A stretch of 32,000 bases of DNA from Desulfobulbus propionicus DSM 2032 (lineage in GTDB: Bacteria; Desulfobacterota; Desulfobulbia; Desulfobulbales; Desulfobulbaceae): positions 2,250,001 through 2,282,000 of the forward strand of contig NC_014972.1 in the NCBI RefSeq assembly GCF_000186885.1, read 5' to 3'. Shown here piece by piece: positions 17,564 to 25,266 of the stretch (the first letter of the stretch is position 1; each line of letters begins with the position of its first letter). The notes below the pieces were generated by a model that had not been told where the DNA came from, did no database searches, and saw nothing but the letters and a program-made list of their open reading frames with translations. The translations under genes and the position numbers were made by a program.

Positions 17564-18688
17564 TCAGCGCAGCTTGTCGCCGCACTGGTTGCAGAAAACC
17601 GCTTCCGGCAGGTTGGTGGCACGGCACTGCCCGCACACGATCTCCTTGGCCCGTTCCGCGGCCGGGTGGCCGCAACGGGGACAGAAGGAGGCGTTGGGCG
17701 GCAGGTTCTTGCCGCAGTGGACGCACTGCTGGCTGAGCAACTGCTGATGGCCGCAGAAGGGGCAGAAGCGGGCATTGGCCGGAATCATGTTGTCGCATTC
17801 CCGGCATTCGACTTCGGGGGGCCTACCGCCGGGGCGGGTGGTGTTGGTCTGCAGACCAGCGAACATGGCCGGCATCATCATCCCTAAGCCCAGACCCAGA
17901 CCGGCGCCGGCTTCGCCGCCGCTGGCCGCCGCCTTTTCCATGGCCATGGCCGCCTTCATGCGGACAAAATTGTCCATATCCTCGATCACCGCCATCCGTG
18001 AACGGTCGTCGATGGCTTGCTGCACCTCGACGGGCGGAGTGATCGAGGTCACGTAGAGCCGGTCCAGGGCCAGGCCGAAACGGGCGAAATCCAGGGTCAG
18101 CCGACGCTGTAAGCCATCGGCGATATCGTCAAAGCGGCCCGGCAGGTCAAAGAGCGAATGAAGGTGCTCACCCAGGTAGTCGTTGAATCGGGAAACGATC
18201 ACCTGGCGCAGGTAGTCCTCGACCTGATCGGTGGTGGAGCGGCCCATGGTGCCGGCCAAGGTGTTGATCAGGAGTACCGGCTGGATCACGCGGATGTTGA
18301 ACACCCCGTGGGCGCGGAGCCGCACCAACCCCAGTTCGGCGTCGCGGAAGGCAACCGGATCGCGGGTGCCCCACTTGAGGTCGCTGAACACCTTGAGGTT
18401 GACAAAAAAGACTTCGGCCCGCAGTGGGCTGACCAGCCCCCAGGGCGCGGACAGAATTTTGGTCAGGATCGGGATATTGCCGGTCTTGAGGGTATGGCGG
18501 CCGGGGCCGTAGGCATCGCAGGCCTTGCCCTTGTAGAACAGCACCGCTGCCTGGCTTTCGCGCACGGTCAGCTGCGCGCCGAACTTGATTTCTCCCGAAC
18601 CCCGCTCGGGCAGACGATGGAGCAGCTCCTTGCCGCTCTCGTCGAACCACTCGAGGGACTCCAGCAAAATAACATTGTCCATACCCAT
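17564..18688 (-). CDS. SPFH/band-7 family protein (COG4260, B. subtilis YdjI-like) with three C-terminal zinc ribbons
   Basis: N-terminal ...IKFGAQLTVRESQAAVLFYKGKACDAYGPGRHTLKTGNIPIL... is typical of the COG4260 SPFH group. It has a Gly-rich linker, then three CX2C-X10-CX2C ribbons (CRECDNMIPANARFCPFC, CVHCGKNLPPNASFCPRC, CGQCRATNLPEAVFCNQC). AGGAG lies 6 nt before the ATG. Confidence 0.85.
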   Translation of the reverse strand: MGMDNVILLESLEWFDESGKELLHRLPERGSGEIKFGAQLTVRESQAAVLFYKGKACDAYGPGRHTLKTGNIPILTKILSAPWGLVSPLRAEVFFVNLKVFSDLKWGTRDPVAFRDAELGLVRLRAHGVFNIRVIQPVLLINTLAGTMGRSTTDQVEDYLRQVIVSRFNDYLGEHLHSLFDLPGRFDDIADGLQRRLTLDFARFGLALDRLYVTSITPPVEVQQAIDDRSRMAVIEDMDNFVRMKAAMAMEKAAASGGEAGAGLGLGLGMMMPAMFAGLQTNTTRPGGRPPEVECRECDNMIPANARFCPFCGHQQLLSQQCVHCGKNLPPNASFCPRCGHPAAERAKEIVCGQCRATNLPEAVFCNQCGDKLR

Positions 18689-18732
18689 GGGATACTCCTG
18701 TCTTGGTAGCTATTGCCGGCACGAATGGCTGT

Positions 18733-18761
18733 ATTATAGTGGAGGCCGACACCGGCACCAA
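18733..18761 (-). promoter_or_regulatory. Candidate sigma-70 promoter for the SPFH/zinc-ribbon pair
   Basis: Minus strand: TTGGTG (18761-18756), 17 bp, TATAAT (18738-18733, perfect -10). It lies about 45 nt upstream of the SPFH ATG. Confidence 0.4.
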
Positions 18762-18853
18762 AGAGAAACGACGTGCCGGAAAAAAAGGTGCCCGTCCCCA
18801 GCCATCGACTGCCCGGGGGCATGCGGACGACACCGTGGAGCAAGAGAAAAACG

Positions 18854-19204
18854 ATGACCACTTTCAAACAGGAATGGACCCTGGAAGCGGCCCTGAAGAT
18901 CCTCCAGCATCCCACCGTGGACAGCCAGATCTGGGCCTCGGCGGTGGAATGGCTGTTGATTTACGGGCCACCGGAGATCCAGGAATTGCTCACGCAGGCC
19001 AGCACCCACGCCACCGGCGAACGCTTTCCCCATCTCAAGCCGCAACGCTACGGCCCGGACGGCAGCCCCTGCTACGACCTTGCCGAACTCGCTCAGGCGC
19101 TGGGTATCAGCGAGGAAGAGGCCAGGATGCAGTTGCTGGAAAAGGAGATCAAGCACGGTATCCAGCACGGTTTTTCCGAGGACGACACCACCACCCTGCA
19201 GTAG
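18854..19204 (+). CDS. Hypothetical small soluble protein (116 aa)
   Basis: An ORF with sensible composition (MTTFKQEWTLEAALKILQHPTVDSQIWASAVEWLLIYGPPEIQELL...). The antisense 144-aa ORF looks like GC-frame noise. Start chosen at ATG 18854; 18773 is possible. I recognise no family. Confidence 0.5.
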   Translation: MTTFKQEWTLEAALKILQHPTVDSQIWASAVEWLLIYGPPEIQELLTQASTHATGERFPHLKPQRYGPDGSPCYDLAELAQALGISEEEARMQLLEKEIKHGIQHGFSEDDTTTLQ

Positions 19205-19261
19205 CGCTCGGCCAGCCGCTCCCCCGCTCGAAACGGCTGGGACGCAGGCGACGATTCCCGT

Positions 19262-20503
19262 CTACCAGCGGCCGCCGCCTGGCGGCGCGTTCTTGTAGGG
19301 CACCAGTTCGAACAACCGTTTGTGCGGATCGATCTGGATGTGATAGTAGCGGTCCTGGGGCATGTAGATATAGGGGATTTCCTCCTCCTGACGGGAGAGG
19401 AAACAGGAGAGGATCATCCGGTTGACCGCCCGATGACCGACGATCATGATGTTCTCGTCGTAATTATTGAGGAAAAAGACCTTTTTCAAGCCCCGGTGCA
19501 CCCGCTCCTCCATGGTGGCGTAGCCCTCGCCCTCGGGGTAGACGTAGCGGTACTTGTTGGGCCCTCGCGCCTTGGCCACATGCGGCATCTGCCGCCGGAT
19601 CTCCTCGTAGGTCATGCCTTCGCAGACGCCGGCGTGGATCTCGTTGAATTCGGGCAGGGCGATGATCGAGCAGGGGTCCTGGCGCTCGGCGATCGGGGTG
19701 GCGGTCTGCAGGGTCCGTTTGTAGTTGCTGGTGAAGATGATCGGGATACGGACGGTGGCAAAATGCTCGGCCAAGGCATGGGCCTGTTCCAGCCCCTTGT
19801 CCGTGAGGTCGGAGTCGCCGCCGATGCGGTCCTCGCGGTTGTAATAGGTTTCGCCGTGACGCACCAGGAAAAGGTTGCGCACGATTCGGGTGGTGAGGAT
19901 GTCGCGAATGCGGTCGTAGTAGGGCAACACATCGGTGATCCGCTCCTGGAGGATGCAGGAATCAAAGGAATCCAACAAGATGCGGTTGGGTTCGGTGTCC
20001 AGCGGTTCGTAGATCGACTCGTAGTAGGCAATCCGCTTGACAAAGCTCTCCAGGGCCTTTTCCCGGCTGAGATGACAAAATTCCTTGAGACCGACCTTGC
20101 GTTCCAGGTTGGCTTCCAGGGCCTCCTCATCGGCGTTGAGGCATTCGATGAAGCACAGCGGCAGATCGGGAAAGGCAGCAACCAGGGTTTGCCTGCGCTC
20201 GCGGGTGACGTTGCTCGCATCCATGATCGCCACCTCGCCGCCTTCGCGGAGGAAGGCTTGGGCCAGCTCGATGTTCATCCGCGAGATGCGTTCCCGCATC
20301 TCCTTGCCCTGGACATTGGCCGGGGAAAAGAATTCCGAGGAAGAGGTGGTCTTGTCGGTGTCGAGTTTACGCCGCAGCTCACCGTTGTTGAAGATGCGCA
20401 CGGTGATGCCATCCAGCTCCAGGGTGCGGCCGAGCTTGCGCGCCATGGTCGATTTGCCGCGGGCCGGCAAGCCAACCATGACAATGACCAGTTTCCGTTT
20501 CAT
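19262..20503 (-). CDS. Bifunctional 6-phosphofructo-2-kinase / fructose-2,6-bisphosphatase-type protein
   Basis: N-terminus KLVIVMVGLPARGKSTMARKLGRTL...RIFNNGELRRK matches the PFK-2 P-loop domain (animal PFKFB: VIVMVGLPARGKTYIS...FNVGEYRR). The C-terminal histidine-phosphatase domain has LFLVRHGETYYNREDRIGGDSDLTDKG and GHRAVNR. AGGAGGGAGC precedes the ATG at 20503. Confidence 0.85.
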   Translation of the reverse strand: MKRKLVIVMVGLPARGKSTMARKLGRTLELDGITVRIFNNGELRRKLDTDKTTSSSEFFSPANVQGKEMRERISRMNIELAQAFLREGGEVAIMDASNVTRERRQTLVAAFPDLPLCFIECLNADEEALEANLERKVGLKEFCHLSREKALESFVKRIAYYESIYEPLDTEPNRILLDSFDSCILQERITDVLPYYDRIRDILTTRIVRNLFLVRHGETYYNREDRIGGDSDLTDKGLEQAHALAEHFATVRIPIIFTSNYKRTLQTATPIAERQDPCSIIALPEFNEIHAGVCEGMTYEEIRRQMPHVAKARGPNKYRYVYPEGEGYATMEERVHRGLKKVFFLNNYDENIMIVGHRAVNRMILSCFLSRQEEEIPYIYMPQDRYYHIQIDPHKRLFELVPYKNAPPGGGRW

Positions 20504-20853
20504 GCTCCCTCCTTGATCGCAGGCACCGGTTGTTCGGGGAACTCGGGACAATGTTGCGGCTATTGTACGAACTCGCAAAGAAAAATGCAGGAAAAATGTA
20601 GACGCGGCCCTCGCCGGCCAGCCGCGCTAAATCGGCCGTCCCATTGCTTCTGCTTGCTTTCACGGGGGCTATGCGCTAGCTTTCGACGATTCTCTCAACC
20701 GGTTTTCTGTTCATGCCCGTGTTCGCGCTGAAGTCCAGCGCCGTGGGCCGCCCATGACCAGTCAGGCCAGCATGCCGACCCCTTTTGGGGAAGCGGTACG
20801 GTTTGTTCGACCCGAACATTCGCCTGATCCTCTTTTTTCTCAAAGGTTATCCT

Positions 20854-23499
20854 GTGACAACGCAAAAAAAAGAAACATTTCTCAAGGAATACACCCCGCC
20901 CGCTTATCTGGTCGATCGTCTCGACCTGCGGGTTGAACTCGATCCCCAGGCCACCCGGGTGCGGGCCACTCTCCGCTGCCGGCCCAACACCAACACCCCG
21001 GTCAAGCAGCCGCTGGTGCTCAACGGCGAGCAGCTGGAACTGGTGCGGGTCGCGCTTGACGGTGTCGAACTCAGCGCCACGGAATTCCATTTCGGCGACG
21101 GCCTGCTGACCATCGCCCAGGTGCCGGACGGTCCCTTCATGGTGGAAACCGAAACCCGGATCAATCCGGCCGGCAACACCGCCCTGGAAGGCTTGTACCT
21201 CTCCTCGGGCAACTATTGCACCCAATGCGAGGCGGAAGGGTTCCGCACCATCACCTGCTTTCCGGACCGGCCGGACGTGATGACCGTATTCACCACCACG
21301 ATCGTCGGCGACACGGCCAGCTGCCCGGTGTTGCTCTCCAATGGCAACCTGATCGACTCGGGCGACCTGGGCGACGGCCGCCACTACGCCACCTGGCATG
21401 ATCCCTTCCCCAAGCCCTGCTATCTCTTTGCCCTGGTGGCCGGCGACCTGGTGCGCATCAGCGATACCTTCACCACCCGTTCCGGCCGGCAGATCGATTT
21501 GCACATCTATGTGGAGGAGCGCAACCGGAACAAATGCGACCACGCCATGCGCGCCCTGCAAAAGGCCATGCGCTGGGACGAGCTCCGCTTCGGCCGCGAG
21601 TACGACCTCGACACCTACATGATCGTGGCGGTCGATGATTTCAATATGGGCGCCATGGAAAACAAGGGGCTGAACGTGTTCAACTCCAAGTATGTGCTCG
21701 CTTTGCCCGAAACCGCCACCGACACCGACTACGAAGGCATCGAAGGAGTGATCGCCCACGAGTATTTCCATAACTGGACCGGCAACCGCATCACCTGCCG
21801 CGACTGGTTCCAGCTCAGCCTCAAGGAAGGGTTGACCGTATTTCGCGACCAGGAGTTCACCGCCGACATGATCTCGCGACCGGTCAAGCGCATCCAGGAC
21901 GCCAACATCATCCGCTCGTTCCAGTTCCGCGAGGACAGCGGCCCCATGGCCCACCCGGTGCGGCCGCCCTCGTTTGTCGAGATCAACAATTTCTACACTC
22001 TCACCGTCTACAACAAAGGCGCCGAGGTGATCCGCATGCTCCACACCCTGCTCGGCCCGGAGACCTTCCGCCGAGGCATGGACCTCTATTTCGAACGCCA
22101 CGACGGTCAGGCCGTGACCTGCGACGATTTTGTCGCCGCCATGGCCGATGCCTGGGGCAAGGACCTGACCCAGTTCAAACGCTGGTATTCGCAGGCCGGC
22201 ACCCCGGAACTCACGGTCCGGGCCGACTACGACCCGGCCGCCCGGCAGCTGATCCTTACAGTGGAGCAGACCTGTCCGCCCACCCGGGAAAGCGCCGAGA
22301 AGCTCCCCTTCTTCATGCCGCTGGCCGTGGGCCTGCTCGATGCCCAGGGGCGCGCGATGCCCCTGGAGAACGCGCCCGACGCCACTACCAGGGTACTGAT
22401 CCTCTCGGAGGCCAAACAGCGGTTTGAATTCACCAATATCGCCAGCACTCCCACGATCTCGTTTCTCCGCAACTTTTCCGCGCCGGTCAAGGTCCGCCTC
22501 GACCAGTCCGACGAGGAACTGGGAGTGTTGATGGCGCACGACCCCGATCCCTTCAACCGCTGGGATGCGGGCCAAAAACTCGGCCTGCACCATCTGCTGG
22601 CGCAGATCGAACGGCATCAACAGGGCCAACCGGTACAGGTGGACGACCGTCTGCTCCACGGCCTGCGCAATCTGCTGCTCGACCGCGACTCCGATCCGGC
22701 CTTCCTGGCCATGGCCATGGCCCTGCCCTCGGAAAACTGGATCGGCCAGCAGATGGAGGTCGTCGATCCGGTGGCCATCTTCGCGGTCCGTCAACAGTTC
22801 CGCGCCCTGATCGGCCAGGCCCTGCGGAGCGAGCTGCTCCAGGGCTACGAAACCCTGCGCATCCCCGGCCCCTACCGCTACAGCGCCCTCGACGCCGGCA
22901 AACGGGCCCTGCGCAACGGCTGCCTGGCCTATCTGCTGGCGCCCCCCCTGGATGGCGTGCTCGATCCCTGCCTGTTGCACAAGGGCGTCCACCAGTACCG
23001 GCATGCCGACAACATGACCGATGCCATCGCCGCCCTGAGCTGCGTGGTCAATGCCGACCTGGCCACCGGAACCGAGTTGCTGGCCGATTTCCACGCCCAA
23101 TGGCAGCACGATCCGCTGGTGGTCGACAAGTGGCTGATCCTCCAGGCCGGCTGCACCCTGCCCGGTACCCTGGACCGGGTCAAGGCCCTGACCACGCACC
23201 CCAGCTTCACCTACAAGAACCCCAACAAGGTCAGGTCGCTGATCGCCACCTTTTGTGCCACCAACCACGGCCAGTTCCATGCCGCCGATGGCTCCGGATA
23301 CGACTTCCTCGGCGATCAGGTCTGCCTGCTCGATCCGCTCAATCCGCAGATTGCCGCCCGGATGCTCACCCCGTTGACCCAATGGCGCCGCTACGATGCC
23401 GGCCGCCAGCAGCTGATGCGCGCCCAACTCGAACGCATCGGCTCGCAACGCTCGCTCTCCGACGACGTCAAGGAGGTGGTGGAAAGATCGTTGCACTAA
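20854..23499 (+). CDS. pepN: Aminopeptidase N (M1 family)
   Basis: GAMEN exopeptidase motif (MGAMENKGLN), HEYFHNWTGN (HEXXH) and downstream Glu (LKEGLTVF). A GTG at 20854 gives (M)TTQKKETFLKEYTPPAYLV..., matching PepN N-termini. The track start at 20785 adds 23 implausible residues. Confidence 0.93.
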   Translation: MTTQKKETFLKEYTPPAYLVDRLDLRVELDPQATRVRATLRCRPNTNTPVKQPLVLNGEQLELVRVALDGVELSATEFHFGDGLLTIAQVPDGPFMVETETRINPAGNTALEGLYLSSGNYCTQCEAEGFRTITCFPDRPDVMTVFTTTIVGDTASCPVLLSNGNLIDSGDLGDGRHYATWHDPFPKPCYLFALVAGDLVRISDTFTTRSGRQIDLHIYVEERNRNKCDHAMRALQKAMRWDELRFGREYDLDTYMIVAVDDFNMGAMENKGLNVFNSKYVLALPETATDTDYEGIEGVIAHEYFHNWTGNRITCRDWFQLSLKEGLTVFRDQEFTADMISRPVKRIQDANIIRSFQFREDSGPMAHPVRPPSFVEINNFYTLTVYNKGAEVIRMLHTLLGPETFRRGMDLYFERHDGQAVTCDDFVAAMADAWGKDLTQFKRWYSQAGTPELTVRADYDPAARQLILTVEQTCPPTRESAEKLPFFMPLAVGLLDAQGRAMPLENAPDATTRVLILSEAKQRFEFTNIASTPTISFLRNFSAPVKVRLDQSDEELGVLMAHDPDPFNRWDAGQKLGLHHLLAQIERHQQGQPVQVDDRLLHGLRNLLLDRDSDPAFLAMAMALPSENWIGQQMEVVDPVAIFAVRQQFRALIGQALRSELLQGYETLRIPGPYRYSALDAGKRALRNGCLAYLLAPPLDGVLDPCLLHKGVHQYRHADNMTDAIAALSCVVNADLATGTELLADFHAQWQHDPLVVDKWLILQAGCTLPGTLDRVKALTTHPSFTYKNPNKVRSLIATFCATNHGQFHAADGSGYDFLGDQVCLLDPLNPQIAARMLTPLTQWRRYDAGRQQLMRAQLERIGSQRSLSDDVKEVVERSLH

Positions 23500-23528
23500 C
23501 GGCCTGATTCCCGCCAGCCAATGCACCG

Positions 23529-23558
23529 GCCGCACCCGTTGTCCCGCTCGGGTGCGGC
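23529..23558 (+). terminator. Hairpin downstream of pepN (possible terminator, no T-run)
   Basis: gccgcacccg - 10-nt loop - cgggtgcggc, a 10-bp GC-rich stem 30 nt after the pepN stop. It is followed by C-rich, not T-rich, sequence. Confidence 0.3.
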
Positions 23559-23883
23559 CCCCTTCCGGCTGCCGCTCGCTTCGTGCGTTGTTTCCTGCCA
23601 CAACCGGCGAGGCACCTGTAGTATTTTCCCCGCCCTCCCCCCTGTTCCCCGCTTGCCTTCCGTCTGTAATTATGGTCTTATTTCGCGGAGGTATCGGCAT
23701 AGCGCCGCCACATGCCCTCATGCCCTGGCGGCCAATGTCAACGCGGCCCCACACTGCGGTTGCCCGCAGCCAAGGCCTTTGCCTGCCGGTGGATCGGGAC
23801 AGGCGTGCAGGGCCGGAGGATTCCACCCTGCCTGTCCCCGCGTCACCGGCATTCTCGCCATACTTCACACAAGGAGGAGCGCA

Positions 23884-24138
23884 ATGGGCATTCTGTCGTG
23901 GATCGTCATGGGACTGATCGTCGGGATCATCGCCAAACTCATCATGCCGGGTGAAGACCCGGGCGGATTTTTCATGACCATCGTGCTCGGGATAGCCGGG
24001 GCATTCGTCGGCGGTTTGATCGGCTCCTTTCTCGGCTGGGGAACGGTGACCGGATTCAACCTGGGCAGCTTGGCCCTGGCCGTGGGCGGCTCCCTGCTGC
24101 TGTTGCTGTTCTATCGGTCCCGCAAAAAGAAACAATAG
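23884..24138 (+). CDS. GlsB/YeaQ/YmgE-family small membrane protein (transglycosylase-associated family)
   Basis: 84 aa: MGILSWIVMGLIVGIIAKLIMPGEDPGGFFMTIVLGIAGAFVGGLIG... is the family signature. AAGGAGGAGC SD lies upstream of the ATG at 23884. The upstream part of the 205-aa track ORF is rejected. Confidence 0.85.
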   Translation: MGILSWIVMGLIVGIIAKLIMPGEDPGGFFMTIVLGIAGAFVGGLIGSFLGWGTVTGFNLGSLALAVGGSLLLLLFYRSRKKKQ

Positions 24139-24252
24139 TCTCCTGTTCACACCATCCCCGCGGCTGGGGTGTTCGCAATGGTTCCACCACCCGGAGGGAC
24201 GATGCGCTCCCAGACCGCAGCGCGTTCACCCATCAACCACAAGGAGAGAACT

Positions 24253-25194
24253 ATGACCAGAGTCTATTTTCAACGGGCCAGCAAGGGATACCGGGCTGTG
24301 CGCGGGGAAGTCGTGCGGCAGATCCAGGTTGCCCTCAGAGCGGCCGGGGCCGATCCCGAGGAGATCGATGGCATCTACGGCGGCGACACGGAAAAGGCGC
24401 TCAAGGCATATCAGCAGGCCAAGGGGATGGAAAGCAACGGCAAGATAACCACCGAGACCTGGTCGAGCCTGATGGGAGAAGCTCCGCCTTCCCTCTTTGC
24501 CCGCTGCCTGCAACTGACCGGCGATTTTGAAGGTCATGGCTTTCAAAAAATTGCCGGCAATTTCGACGGGGCCGGCCTGACCTGGGGCATTATTGGCTTT
24601 ACCTTGCAGCACGGCGAACTGAAACGGATCATTTCCGAGGTGGCACAGCAGTATCCCGCCCTGCTCGACCAGGCTTTCGGCAGCCTCAGGGATGACCTGC
24701 TCGACGTGCTCCGGCAGAGCAAAAACGAGCAGATTGCCTGGGCGAACGCCATCTCCATCGGCTCCAACAAATACCGCGTGCAAGGGCCGTGGGAACAGGC
24801 CTTCGCCACCCTGGGCACCTTTCCCGAAGTCCAGGCCGTTCAGCTGAAACGGGTGGGGGCCTATTGGGATATCGCCCTGCGCGACACAAAACGCTTTGGT
24901 CTGAAAAGCGAACGGGGCCTTGCCCTGTGCTTCGATATCGCGGTGCAGAACGGTGGCATCGATTTTGCTCAGGAGGAGCGCGGCATCCTGAAGTGGCTTG
25001 CCAACCATCCGGACGCCGTGGAAAGCGACAAACTGGCGCGGATCGCCGACGTGGTGGCCGAAAACAGCCGGCCCCAATACGTGGAGGATGTCCGGCGGCG
25101 TAAACGGACGATCGCGACCGGAGACGGCGTGGTCCATGGCGCCCGCTATGCCACCCAGGACTGGGGGATCGCGGAACACCCCTGGATCGTCTAG
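24253..25194 (+). CDS. Peptidoglycan-binding (PG_binding_1) domain protein fused to a GH46 chitosanase-like / lysozyme-superfamily domain; no signal peptide
   Basis: The N-terminus RGEVVRQIQVALRAAGADPEEIDGIYGGDTEKALKAYQQAKGMESNGKITTETWSSL fits the PG_binding_1 pattern. LTGDFEGHGFQKIAGNFDGAGLTWGIIGF then resembles the GH46 catalytic-core pattern (FE...DG.G.T.G..GF). AAGGAGAG SD precedes the ATG at 24253. Confidence 0.65.
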   Translation: MTRVYFQRASKGYRAVRGEVVRQIQVALRAAGADPEEIDGIYGGDTEKALKAYQQAKGMESNGKITTETWSSLMGEAPPSLFARCLQLTGDFEGHGFQKIAGNFDGAGLTWGIIGFTLQHGELKRIISEVAQQYPALLDQAFGSLRDDLLDVLRQSKNEQIAWANAISIGSNKYRVQGPWEQAFATLGTFPEVQAVQLKRVGAYWDIALRDTKRFGLKSERGLALCFDIAVQNGGIDFAQEERGILKWLANHPDAVESDKLARIADVVAENSRPQYVEDVRRRKRTIATGDGVVHGARYATQDWGIAEHPWIV

Positions 25195-25266
25195 GACGGT
25201 CCAGGCGGAAAACGGCGCACCCATGCCCCTGTCCCCCCTTTCAACCGTTGGATCAGCCGTCATGCG

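Noticed and set aside
20695-24150. 1151-aa minus-strand ORF, the longest in the window
   Set aside because: It is antisense to pepN and the YeaQ-like gene. The translation is low-complexity (Gly/Ala/Arg/Val/His-rich) with no motifs. It is the typical stop-poor shadow frame of GC-rich coding DNA, whereas the plus-strand genes have unmistakable catalytic motifs.
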